From Candidatus Altimarinota bacterium (GTDB taxonomy: Bacteria; Patescibacteriota; Gracilibacteria; BD1-5; UBA2023), in NCBI GenBank assembly GCA_043770315.1, contig JAYVIJ010000043.1, positions 1,399-65,398 on the forward strand: a stretch of DNA of 64,000 nucleotides, in the 5' to 3' direction. Numbering within the stretch: the stretch's first letter is position 1; every line of letters starts with the position of its first letter. The position numbers and the translations under genes were made by a program. Under the pieces are notes generated by a model that worked only from the letters and a program-made list of their open reading frames with translations, ran no database searches and had not been told where the DNA came from. Shown here piece after piece: positions 46,105-57,898 of the stretch.

Positions 46105-49100
46105 ATGCGTACCGTACTTACTCGATCTTTGCTCGTACTCGGACTTCTCTTTGGTGGAGCTTTCAGCACCGCTGCTGCAGAACTTCCTTGCAACCAGAGT
46201 TTTTCTCCACTCTATCTCCGATATGGTGCCTTTCACTATCTTCAAGATAAAGTTTCTAACACGAATAACTTCCCACTCTATGCTCAGAGCATGTATGGTG
46301 AGTTCAGTACACTCGGGTACTTCGTAGGAGGAGGACAGCTCGATAAGCCGGTACTCTGGGATATTCCTGCTCTTGCGAGCAATCTTGTGATGATGCAATC
46401 AGAGTTTCCTGTACAGATTGCCAATCGTCCTGCAGTACGATCGACAGATATGGTACGAGGTGATATATATGCACAATATGTAATGACATGGGATATACTC
46501 AATACTGTGACTACAGCAGATGATACGAGACACGTAGAATGTCAGCCATATATCGTGACATGGTGTGGTGATGGAACTAAGGATACTCAGCTTGATTGGA
46601 CAAATACTCCCTATGAATCATGTGATGATGGTGCTCTTAATGGTCAACCTGGAAAGTGTAATGCTACATGTAGTGGTACTACTCCTCCGACTCCAGTTCC
46701 ATGAGTATGTGGATCATCGAATGGTCAGACTCTTGCATCTGTACCAGTGATGAATCTCTGTAATGCTGGTACACCGACAGCAGTATCTGGATCAGGCCCT
46801 TGGACATGGTCATGTACAGGTCTCAATGGTGGAGCAAATAGTCCAGTCTGTAGTGCGAATCCACTCCCTCCCCCAGTGAATGGAGTCTGTAGTAGTACTG
46901 TTTCATGAGAAGTATGATTACCACTTGCGAACGGTGCATGTAATCTAGGTACTGTCATTGGATTTGGATCTACAGGAACCAACCCAGTCAACTATACTTG
47001 GAGCTGTAGTGGTACAAATGGTGGTGCCAATAGTCCTACATGTAATGCAAGCTATACTCCACCACCTCCTGTAGTCAATGGGGTTTGTAGTTCAGCGGTC
47101 ACGGGGCCACAATCAGCACCACTTCTTGCATGAGTATGTAATGCTGGTACAGTAGCATGATTCTCATCTGTGGGTACGAATCCAGTAAACTATTCATGGA
47201 CATGTAATGGACTTAATGGTGGAACCAATAGTTCTTCATGTACAGCGAGTTATATTCCTCCTCCAGTACCAGTCAATGGAGTCTGTAGTTCCACAGTTAC
47301 AGGTCCTCAGAGCTCACCGCTTGTCACAGGTTCTTGTAATGCTGGTTCAGTTTTAGGTTTTCTCGCATCAGGAACAAATCCAGTCAATTATAGCTGGACT
47401 TGTGGATGAGTAAATGGCGGATCAAATAGTCCTACTTGTAATGCCAACTATACTCCTCCCGTCACAAATTTCGCCGTATCGATCAAAAAATATGTCGATA
47501 CATTCGATGCTCAAACCATAAGTGGAGCTGTCATACTCAATACTGGAGACACATTCGATTATATACTCAGAATCAAAAATGAGTGACCAGCTCCTACGAG
47601 CGGTATCACTACCGTGACCGATGCACTTCCTGTAGGTGTCATGCTTAATGGCCCAATATCAGCACCAGGATGGACTTGTACAGGGACAATAAATATTAGC
47701 TGTGCTTCATCTTCAGTTGTTGCCGCGAATGCATTTTACTCAGATATTACACTTCATATGAAGGTAACTGCAACAGGAGGTACTATCACCAATATTGCGA
47801 CAGTATCAAATCCAGGTGGCTCACCACCGACTGGTCCTTCGACTGATCCAGGAGTGATCGTTGTGCCTCCTCCTCCAGTATGTAGTGCTACCTATGTAGG
47901 TGCACTCCCAGCTCCGATCAATGCTACCACCCCAGGTCTTTGTAATGTCGGAACTTCTATGACATTTATGACTTTTGCGAGTGGTACAACACAAAACTTT
48001 ACTTGGTCTTGTAAATCATGAACAAAAACAGTGGGATGTAATGCCAACTATACTCCTCCAGTGAATCATTTCGCGGTATCGATCAAGAAATATGTAAATA
48101 CATTTGATGCTCAGACAGTCAGTGGAGCTGTAATACTCAATACGGGAGATACATTCGAATATATACTAAAGGTGAAAAATGAATGACCAGACTCGACAAC
48201 AGGTACAACAACTGTAGTAGATGTACTGCCTACATGAGTAGTACTCAATGGCTCAATATCAGCACCAGGCTGGACATGTGTAGGAACTACTACTATAATC
48301 TGTATCAACAATAATTCTATCGCTGGAAATACCTTCTTCCCAGATATCACTCTTCCTATGAAGGTGACAGCGACCAGCGGTACTATTACGAACATCGCAT
48401 CAGTCTCGAATCCAGGATGTGGTACCCCTGTATGACCTACGACTGATCCAGGAGTGATCGTTGTTGCACCACCACCAGTATGTGATTCAGGAAAAATCGG
48501 TGTCCAGTCTTCTCCGTTATCCATGGGATATTGTGCAAGTGGTACTGCGACAGGATTCACTGCTGTAGGAGTCAATCCAATCAATTATTCTTGGTCATGT
48601 ATAAATGTGAAAAATCAATCAGTTACTTGTAATGCAAGTTATAGTACAGGAAGCACCCCTTCATGTAATAGTATAACTGTAAATCCTGTTTCTGGAAATA
48701 TCCCCCTTGTATCAAATATTTCTTGTAATACGACAAATGCAACATCAGTTGTTATTACTTGTGGAAATGGTCAAACACTCTCATGATCTATAGGAGTTTG
48801 TACTTATACGACAGTAGGAACATTCACGCCAACTTGTACAGTCAATGGAACTATCACGAATGCAGCATGTAAAGGAACAGTAACAACTACCAATACTCCA
48901 CCTCCTCCTTCCGCTTCTTACGTCTCTATTAAGAAGTACGCTGGTACTCTCGATGGTCAAGATGCGACAGGAGCTCTCTCTGTTGTTCCAGGTGGATCAT
49001 TTAATTACCGATACGATGTATCTAATACAGGTACTGTCGCAGCTACAGGTGTAGTCGTTACAGATACACTGCCTCAGTATGTGAGTATTAATTCAATTAC

Positions 49101-51465
49101 GAAACCAGCAGGATGGAACTGTGTTCAAGGAACAAAAACAGTCTGAGTGGTCGTACATGCTACTCTTGTTTGTACTACTCCTTCTCTTGCAGCAGGTGCT
49201 ACTGTTTCTATAACAGTCAATGCTACTCTGGCTCTCACAACTCCTGCAAACGCACAACTTCGAAATATTGCTTACGTATGTAAGCAAGGTGATGCTCCTA
49301 CAGTCAACTGTGATCCTACTTGTATCGTCGATCCGACACACCCAAGATGTAATCCTCCACCTCCACCTCCTCAGTGTGATCCTATGCCAGGAAGTCCAAA
49401 CTATGATCCTGCATGTGTAGTGACTCCTCCTTCGACTCTTCGATCGTGTGATACACTCACATCACTTCCAAGTGGTTCAACCCTCTCTCCAAATGTAGAT
49501 GTCACATATACATGTGCTGCTACAGGATCTATCGCTATCCCAGCAAATCTCGAATACTCTATCAAGTGTGGTGCTGGTGATACATCGACTGGTTCGACGT
49601 ATACAGGATCCAATACTCGTGTGTGTCGTACGCCAAGTACAAACTCTACTTCACAGACTATCACTTGTGCTGTCCGAGATAAGTCGACTGGTGTAGTATT
49701 CTCTGGATCTGAAATCTGAGCATGTAATGTTACGAAGACGACTTCAGGTGGTGGTAGTAGCACGACGATTCTCTATGTTCCAAAATGTGTAAATGGTAGC
49801 CCGACATGTGCTACTACTGGAAATTATGCTGATACAGCACTTTGTAAACTGGGAGAATGAAGAGATTGTTATAGCAATCAAACAGATTGTGAGATTGCAA
49901 AATGAACTCTCTCTTGTGGATGAGGCGGATGTAGTGGACCAAGCTGTGGAAGTTGTGTCGGAGCAGGATGTTCGAATGGATGAGGATACTGTGGTGACTG
50001 AGTTCTTCAGTCTGGTGAAGAGTGTGATGTAGCTGGTGCTACTTGGTGTGGACAACGGGGAGAAAGAGACTATCTTGGTGATCTTATCGAATGTCAGATC
50101 AAGGGTCTTACGACTCCTGGAGCTAATCCTATCACGGACCTCTGGATGACGATCCCGACTCTTTCAAATACACGACTTGGATATACATGGCTTGATGGTA
50201 CAGTAGGAAAAATCCGATTTAATGATAATGGTATGGTCCTCGGTGTGAATACACGAGCCTTCACTATAGCTGACAAGGTAGGATTTGGAATCAAAAGAGA
50301 GTTTAATGTCCCACTTACTGTCGAAGCAAACAAGATCATATGTCTGACATCTTCAGGGACAAGCATGAATAGTAATACTGCATGTACAAACTTTGGTAAC
50401 CTCGTTCCAGCATCGATGAAGTTTACGGTTCCTGCTACGGGGAAGCAATATGTACTTATCGGAAATGGTGATTACCAAGTCCGACAACTTGATGGAACTT
50501 ATAGACAGTATACTGTGACAGGAAATCCGAATAATATCGATCTCTTCAAGGGTGCAAATACCTATGTCACTTCAAATGGAACTATGAAACTCTATGAAGC
50601 GTTCTACGGTACTCAGATCGGTCTTGATGGTCAACTTGCACTCTATCATAATAGTATCACTACAGGTCAACCAATCGATCTCGCAGCACTCAGAGTGAAT
50701 GTATCAGGAGCAAAAGTCGGAGGAACATCATCGACCGTGAATCGTAAACTCGAAACCTATATTAATAGTACAAGTCTTGTCAGTATATTCCTCTCTGGAT
50801 TCCAAGGATATACGACGACGACCTCTTCGACTGATGCAGTCGGTGGTGGCTCAGCTACAGCAGTAAATGGTGGAGTGACAGTAAATACTACCAATGCTCC
50901 TCTAGGAGGACTCAATGTCGCTGGTGCCGCTATACCAGCAGCGTATAGACTCAATGGAAATGATAACATATATTCTGTAAGAGGTGATGTGATCATGAAT
51001 TGTACAAGCGGTATCACTGCTACAGAACTCCAAGGGATCCGTACACTTATCGTAGAAAATGGTGACCTCATCATCAACTGTAATAATGGCTATGGATCAT
51101 CAGATATATCTTCGAGCTGGGCATTCATCGTAAAAAATGGAAATATCCGAGTCGCAAAAGAAGTGACCAATATGGCTGGTATCTATGTATCTATAGGTAC
51201 ACCTGGTGCTACTGCTTGTGATGGAACAGGGAATATCTGTTCTGTAGGAAATCAAGCAACCAATAATATTCTCCGTCTTAATGGAAGTATGTATGGAAAT
51301 GCGAAACCACTCTTCGATAGTCGTCTCTATGTCCGTGGTACGAATGCTTATGACATACTCACAACAGGAGTCATCATCTCCTACTCAAATCGAGCCCTCG
51401 TGAATCCTCCACCACTTCTCTCACAATATCTCAATAACTATAGTGTGACAAGAGTCGTGAAGTAA
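46105..51465 (+). CDS. 1786-aa secreted repeat adhesin-like protein
   Basis: Frame 1 is open from ATG 46105 to TAA 51463-51465 (all gaps read codon by codon). Signal peptide ...GAFSTAAAE. CGDG...CDDG Cys-rich repeats. Seven ~60-aa repeats (VNGVCSS...NPVNYSWTCNGLNGG.NS..C). Three DUF11-like units (VSIKKYV.TFDAQT...LP.GV...GWTC). The C-terminal module is shared with 12534..15158. Confidence 0.85.
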
Positions 51466-51474
51466 TAGATTTAT

Positions 51475-51503
51475 AAAAAAACTCCCCATTTGGGGAGTTT
51501 TTT
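51475..51503. terminator. Bidirectional rho-independent terminator
   Basis: aaaaaactcccc-attt-ggggagtttttt. The last codons of uvrB overlap its right arm. Confidence 0.75.
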
Positions 51504-53469
51504 AGAGTGAGACATTTTTATTTTTTTTTCTGGCGCTCAGGAGTTCATCGCGTATTTCTGCTGCTCGCTCGAAATCGAGGTTCGCGCTTGCTACATCCAT
51601 TTCGAGTTCCAGCCGTTTGATATAGACTCAGATATTCGCGATATGTCAGCCATCAAAAGTATCTTTTTTCTTCGATGGTATGCCGATCTCTTTGATCGAA
51701 GATATGATCGTACGAGGAGTGATACCATGTTTGGTATTATATGCCATTTGGACTTCTCGACGCCTCTCTGTCTCTTCGATCGCTTCGACCATCGCGATCG
51801 ACATTTTCTTTCCATGAGAATACATGATCACATGACCATTCACATTTCGAGCAGCACGACCGATGATCTGGAGGAGGGAAGTCTTCGATCTGAGAAATCC
51901 TATTTTCTCTGCATCGAGGATACCGATAAATGAGGTTTCAGGGAGATCGAGTCCTTCTCGCAAGAGATTGACTCAGACGACCACATCGATCGTTCCCATG
52001 CGGAAATCTCGAAGGATTTCGAGGCGTTCGAGGGTCTCGATCTCTGAGTGAAGGTATCGGACTTTCATCCCATTTTCTGAGAGATATTGTGCGAGATCCT
52101 CTGAAGACTTCTTCGTGATCGTCGTGATGATCGATCGTTCCCCTCGTGCGATCGCCTGGGTGATATTGCGCATGAGAGAGTCGACCATATATTCCATATC
52201 TTCGATCGCTATCGGAGGATCGATGAGTCCTGTAGGACGGATGATCTGCTCAGCGATGATAGCATCTTGTGCATATTCATACTTTCCTGGAGTTGCTGAG
52301 ACGAATATCGTCTGCCCACTTTTTTTCTCGAATTCATCGAACTTGAGGGGACGGTTCTCGAGGGCAGATGGAAGACGAAATCCATAGTTCACGAGGTTTT
52401 CTTTACGAGCACGGTCTCAAGCATACATCCCACCGATTTGAGGGATGGTCATATGAGATTCATCGACGAACATGAGATAGTCTTTCGGGAAAAAATCTAG
52501 GAGTGTCGAAGGAGCATCGCCAGGATTTCGATTCGAAAGATACATCGAATAATTCTCGATCCCATTCACAAATCCCACTTCCGTGAGCATCTCCATATCA
52601 TACTCGACTCGCATCTGTATACGCTCGGCTTCGACGAGTTTTCCTGCATTTTTAAAGTACTCCACCTGATCTTCCATTTCTGCCTTGATCCTTGGGATGA
52701 CTTCGTCGATGACTGATTTGCTCGTCACAAAATGCTTGGCAGGAAATATCACGATCTCATCTCGATATTCGAATACTTGGTGGGTGAGATACTCAGTACG
52801 AGAAATACGCTCGAGAGTATCACCGAAAAATTCGAGTCGGTAGATTTCTTCACTGGAGCTTGGCCATATTTCGAGCGTATCTCAGAGTACATGGAACATT
52901 CCAGACTTGAAATCTGCAGTTGATCTTTTGAATTGGAGGTTTACGAGGGCAGCCAGTATAGCTTCGAGAGGATAGTCCTCACCCACTTTAAATCGTAGAC
53001 ATTGTTTCTCATATTCATCTGCTTCACCGATACCATAGATGCAAGATACTGATGCTACGATGATGACATCTCGGCGTGTGAGAAGACTCTCTGTCGCCGC
53101 ATGACGAAGACGGTCGATCTCTTCGTTGATCGTTGCTTCTTTTTCGATATAGGCACCACTTTTTACGACGAATGCTTCTGGCTGATAATAGTCATAATAT
53201 GATACAAAATAGTGCACCGCATTATCTGGAAAAAATTCCTTGAACTCTTGGGCTAGCTGAGCTGCGAGTGTCTTATTGTGTGCGAGGATCAGTGCAGGTC
53301 GCTGAAGTCTCGAGATGATATTCGCCATAGTAAAAGTCTTTCCTGATCCTGTCACTCCAAGGAGTGTCTGAAACTGAGAACCTGCATCGAGTGACTCGAG
53401 GAGCTTTCCTATCGCTTCTGGCTGATCTCATGTAGGAGAGTATTTGGATGAAAGTCTAAATAGATTCAT
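51502..53469 (-). CDS. uvrB: Excinuclease ABC subunit B
   Basis: 655 aa, four same-frame fragments. [43 protein letters not shown], and the C-terminal UVR motif [15 protein letters not shown]. Confidence 0.93.
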
Positions 53470-53583
53470 ATTTCATGATTAATAGTAGAAGAGTATATCC
53501 AAATTTATACTTCTACCAAAAATATTCTTTGACCAGAATAATTTTCCTATTATACTAAATGTAATTTAATTATTATTAATAAT

Positions 53584-54105
53584 ATGCATTTTTCAAAAAA
53601 GGGCTTCACGCTCGTAGAAATGATGGTCGTAATTGCAATTATAGGTGTCCTCGCTGCAGCATTGTTTCCAAGCTTCTCATCCTATCAGCAGAAATCTCGT
53701 GATGTCACAAGGATTACAGCCATCGATATCGTACATAAAGCTCTCGCAACATATTTTCTTGATGAGGATCGATATCCGAATGCTGTAGCTGGATGTGTTC
53801 CTGATGCCGTCGTGATGAAGTATAATGCCGGAAGAGCATCTCGTGATAAAGTTTTAGCGCACGATAATGGATGTGGTGCAAATGGAAATTTTGGATATGG
53901 GACGGGATCCAATATTGCACATCCTAGTGCTGGAGCAGATGAATATGTCGTCATCGCACGATTTGAGTTTCCTGATACAGGAAATTTTTCTGGTGGGTAT
54001 ATCGCTCTCGGTGGCTATACGGGCACATTCTCAGCCTCAGGCTTTGCTAATGCTTATACAAAACGTATAAAGTGATCTGGGAATTGGTATATCACACTCA
54101 AATAG
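53584..54105 (+). CDS. Type IV pilin / pseudopilin-like protein
   Basis: Class III signal MHFSKKG-FTLVEMMVVIAIIGVLAAALFP. With TGA as sense the ORF runs ten codons past 54075, to TAG 54103-54105. Confidence 0.8.
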
Positions 54106-54107
54106 TA

Positions 54108-54518
54108 TTATATTACGATTTCTTTGAGGGCCTTTTCTGCATGTCCTTTCGCTTTCACATTCCTCCATTCTTGGAGGATTTTTCATGTTTTATCGAGGAG
54201 AAATGTCGATCTGATAACGCCGATATATACTTTCCCATAATTTTTTTTCTCGCCGATCACTCCAAATTGTTCATGGAGCGTCCCATCGACATCAGAAATA
54301 AGAGGTATTCCGAGTCCACAGCTTGTCGTGAATTTTTCATGACTTACTTCACTATCTTTCGAAACACCGATAATCTGGATTCCGAGTTTTGCGAAATCAT
54401 TTTTGAGTCGAGTGAAGTCTTGTGCTTCTAGGGTACACCCAGGAGTATTATCTTTCGGGTAGAAGTAGAGGAGAGTGCGTGGCGAATCAAAGAGGACTTT
54501 CGAAAGGAGATTTTGCAT
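54108..54518 (-). CDS. bcp: Thioredoxin-dependent peroxiredoxin (Bcp-like)
   Basis: LLYFYPKDNTPGCTLEAQDF active-site motif. GIQIIGVSKDS. 136 aa, so the N-terminus is shorter than usual for Bcp. Confidence 0.8.
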
Positions 54519-54553
54519 AGTATGATGAAAAGTAGAAAGTAAATAGTGAAGGT

Positions 54554-54925
54554 TTAATGAGCTTTATCTTGAGAAATAATACTTTCTCATTTGAGGATTC
54601 TATCGATCGCTTGTGAACGAAATTTCTCACGAAGCCTTCCAGGATTTTTGTAGAGGCCTATGATTTCTTGTTCTTCCCATGGTTCTATGATATATCCATA
54701 TCGAGGATCTAGAGTCTGAAACATTTCATGTATCTGTTTATAGGAAGTCCGTCCGATACTTTCTCGTTGTCTTTTTTCGAGGAGTTCTTTTGCTCGCCAT
54801 CTCGCAATCCTGATACAGATGATCGCTTCAAATAAATGAGTAAGCTCATCCTCATAATCAGTGCTTCACGATTTGATCGTTTCAGTAAGAGAATGAGTTT
54901 TTTGTCTTTCTGGCGGTATATTCAT
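54554..54925 (-). CDS. Hypothetical protein (123 aa)
   Basis: ORF open only with TGA as sense (two TGA), ATG 54923-54925 to TAA 54554-54556. Same strand and tight spacing with the neighbouring small genes. No motif recognised. Confidence 0.5.
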
Positions 54926-54961
54926 ATTTGTTATAGAGATATTAGTAGAGTATCGTAGGAG

Positions 54962-55528
54962 TTATTTTTGCTGAGAAATTACCCGTATGATGATATTGGT
55001 AAAATATATGACTTCTTGGACGTCTTTAGGTGGAAGGAGTCCAATGATCATCTGCCAGAGCTTGATCCGGAGGAGTTCTTTTTGCTCTGATGTGAGCTCT
55101 GTATGAGGTGAAGGAGAGTACGTCAACAATAATGGAGCATCATCATTTCAGCCAAAATACGTATTCATCAGGAGAGGACTGAAAGCGAGGACACCATCGA
55201 CTTTCCTTTTGGTATACTCAGAAAATATCGGATGTGCATCGGGATCTTCCAGAAGATGAGCATAGTGTTCTCAGAGAGATCCATCATATTGTGCATCTAA
55301 TGCAGTGTCATAAAATCACATCATCATATCGTGAAACACTCGCTCTCACGCAATATTTCACATAATCTGCTTGAGAGCAGCTTGTGTCGATATCCTTGCT
55401 CTGAGAGTTCTATCTGGCAGATCAGTTCCAGATATTTCTCATCGATTTTTGCCTCTACGCAATAATCGTCTTTCTATTAAATCGAAATTTTTTGGTCTCC
55501 CTGAATATGCATGAAAGGATCGACTCAT
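54962..55528 (-). CDS. Hypothetical protein (188 aa)
   Basis: ORF with six in-frame TGA, ATG 55526-55528 to TAA 54962-54964. The start codon is uncertain. No motif recognised. Confidence 0.45.
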
Positions 55529-55578
55529 TTTTGTATTATAAAAGACATGAAATATATTTCAAGTTTTTAGATCGACAA

Positions 55579-56034
55579 TTATTTTTTCTTAAATCAGATC
55601 TTTTTTATGATTCCATTTCCATCATCTCCCGTTACATACTCGAGAGTGATAATACTCAGATCATCCTCATCACGATCGAATATTTCACGAAGCTCATCTG
55701 CATAATCTTTTCCGAGACGGTGTTCGAAAAGAAAGAGGATATCATTCATGATTCCTCGAATATGGTTTTTACTTGATTGAAGTAGTTCTATCTTGAAAAC
55801 CCCTTCCTTCCTTTCGAGTGGGGTAAGTCCAGCAAATATCCGTTTTTCGCTCTCTCTTGCTTGTGTGAGTATGGATGATTCTCTTTTTCTCTGGAGATAC
55901 TTATTCTTGAGTTGCTTCAGATCTTCACGAGTCATGAATGCTATCGCTTCTAGAGTACTTCCATTTGGGTCTGCCTCTATCATCTCGGCTACGAGATACG
56001 GGTAGAGCGAGGGTGAAGAGTTATGATTTTTCAT
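55579..56034 (-). CDS. Hypothetical protein (151 aa)
   Basis: Track ORF 55594..56034 extended four codons through TGA to TAA 55579-55581. Acidic C-terminal half. Confidence 0.6.
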
Positions 56035-56039
56035 ATCAC

Positions 56040-56681
56040 TTATTTTGTTGGTGTGACAGCTCCACTTACCGTCTCTTCTATTACTCGAGCCCTATTACCA
56101 TTAATCACTCTGAGATTCCCCGATGCTTGATTTATACTCCCTACTTGAGTTGCCGGTCAGGAAGAGGGTCTAGCTGCTTGGGTGATGCCAATAGGAGGAG
56201 CTACTGGGGGTGCATCTGGAGTGGTCGATGGTGCAGTTGGAGTAGGTCTTGGAGTAGCTCCATTTGCTTCAAGGTAGAGAGATTTGATCCCGAGATCTGC
56301 AAAAAATCTTGCCTTGAGTTCATCTCATATCGCTTGATTTTGTTTGAGGATGATTTCGAGTGTTCGACTTGAGCTTGAGAGAGTAGGATTTAAGTCACGA
56401 AGTGCTTTTCTTGCAGCATTATTTGATTCTATCATTTTTGCGCTATCACCACGCATTTGTTCTTCGGAAGTATATATTCTATGACCTCAGAGCCTTTGAT
56501 TGAAGTCTGCTACTTTCGCCTGAAGTTGTGCAATAAATGATTGGAGTTTTGCTTGAAGGTCTGCATTTCCTACGACTTTACCATGTATTTTTTCGAACGC
56601 AGCATTCGCTACTGTCATATCTATGCTTGCTTTATAGGTATTGTTTTTATCAAGTTTGACTTCGAATATTTCAGGATTCAT
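56040..56681 (-). CDS. Hypothetical protein (213 aa) with a Pro-rich linker
   Basis: Track ORF 56487..56681 extended through TGA to TAA 56040-56042 (all triplets checked). Contains ATPRPTPTAPSTTPDAPPVAPP. Its stop lies 5 nt from the next gene's start. Confidence 0.6.
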
Positions 56682-56700
56682 TGAGTGAGTAAGTAAAAGA

Positions 56701-56982
56701 TTAAAAATTGATAGTAAGTGCTTCTTTTTCTTCCATTTCTTCTTGTGTATGCATTGCCTGAACGACTTGGCTTATTTCTTTGGTAAGAAATTGGCGAGTC
56801 TGCTCGAGATAGTTTTCGATCAGATCTTTTTTTCGAAGAAGACTTTCATCGTCCATTTCATGAAGTTCTTTATAGATTGCTTCCTTTTTTCCATTCTCTG
56901 TAATCACAAATATCTCCGATAATGTGATGACGAGACCTATAATGAATGTATCACGTACGTGAGGATCGCTAAATGTAGACAT
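56701..56982 (-). CDS. Hypothetical small protein (93 aa), paralog of 57397..57693
   Basis: Uninterrupted ORF ending in TAA. DTFIIGLVITLSEIFVITENGKKEAIYKELHEMDDESLLRKKDLIENYLEQ aligns with its paralog. Confidence 0.65.
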   Translation of the reverse strand: MSTFSDPHVRDTFIIGLVITLSEIFVITENGKKEAIYKELHEMDDESLLRKKDLIENYLEQTRQFLTKEISQVVQAMHTQEEMEEKEALTINF

Positions 56983-57049
56983 AAAAAAATGATTATATAC
57001 GTATATATAACCACAATGTTATTTTTTTGTCAAATTATCACTCAATATT

Positions 57050-57376
57050 TTATACACTTCGTGTGTCTTCAACGATAAGAGGATGAACTCCGAGTTTCTT
57101 CGCAAGATTCTCTCGATTTGCTTGAGATTCTTTTGCATAGGCGAGAAAGAGTACTTCTGCATCTTTGGTGAATTTTGCTCCTGTGACTCCAGGAAGTTTG
57201 CTCAGTCCAGCCAGGATCTCACCTTTCATTGCTTCTTTGCTCGGACCATTTGCGAGCTTTTCGAGTGCTATGATCGCTTCGCTGACATGATGGACATCTA
57301 TAAGCTCTGGTGTTCAAGACTTTAGTGGTTCCTGAAATTTGAGAGAATCGAGGGATGGATTTTCATTTGTGGTCAT
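57050..57376 (-). CDS. Hypothetical protein (108 aa)
   Basis: ORF with one TGA, ATG 57374-57376 to TAA 57050-57052. Lies between the two paralogous small genes. Confidence 0.5.
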
Positions 57377-57396
57377 AGGAAATGAGGTTTGGTTAT

Positions 57397-57693
57397 TTAT
57401 CCGATAATGATACTGAGAGACATATCAATATTTCTTCGTTCCTCGTTCTCGAGGAAGAGGTGCTCCATATGCAGCAGTCGATAGAAGTACGATTTATTGA
57501 TCTCGGCGGCTTGCCCGAAGTACTCGTCGATATCATCTTTCTTCTTCAGGAGACTATCATCGTCGAGTCCAGAGAGTCCTTCCATGATTTTTTCACGTTT
57601 GGTCTCATCCCCGATTTCGAATATCTGCAAAATAATCTCGGTAATACCGACGATAAAATTTTTGCGAGCATCTTCTGTGAAGAGAGGTTCCAT
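57397..57693 (-). CDS. Hypothetical small protein (98 aa), paralog of 56701..56982
   Basis: Uninterrupted ORF ending in TAA. KNFIVGITEIILQIFEIGDETKREKIMEGLSGLDDDSLLKKKDDIDEYFGQ. Confidence 0.65.
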   Translation of the reverse strand: MEPLFTEDARKNFIVGITEIILQIFEIGDETKREKIMEGLSGLDDDSLLKKKDDIDEYFGQAAEINKSYFYRLLHMEHLFLENEERRNIDMSLSIIIG

Positions 57694-57794
57694 GAATCAA
57701 TAAAAATAAGGTACAAGGAAAGCCTACCACATGCCGTAGCTGTTGTCAAAAATCTCCCCTTCCATATCGGTAAAATATAGGAATAAATAATATT

Positions 57795-57821
57795 CTAGCA
57801 CCTAACATAAAAAAGTGCTAA
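57795..57821 (+). promoter_or_regulatory. CIRCE-like inverted repeat (putative HrcA operator) upstream of dnaK
   Basis: CTAGCACCT-N9-AAGTGCTAA compared with the consensus TTAGCACTC-N9-GAGTGCTAA. The TAGCAC/GTGCTA cores and the 9-nt spacer are conserved. Confidence 0.6.
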
Positions 57822-57827
57822 AAACTT

Positions 57828-57855
57828 TTGACAGGAGAAAAATTTCTGATACAAT
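57828..57855 (+). promoter_or_regulatory. Sigma-70-type promoter of dnaK
   Basis: TTGACA (57828-57833), 16-nt spacer, TACAAT (57850-57855), 43 nt upstream of the dnaK ATG. Confidence 0.55.
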
Positions 57856-57898
57856 TGTCTCAATCCAATTCGGAGAATATTTCTTAATTATTATAACT

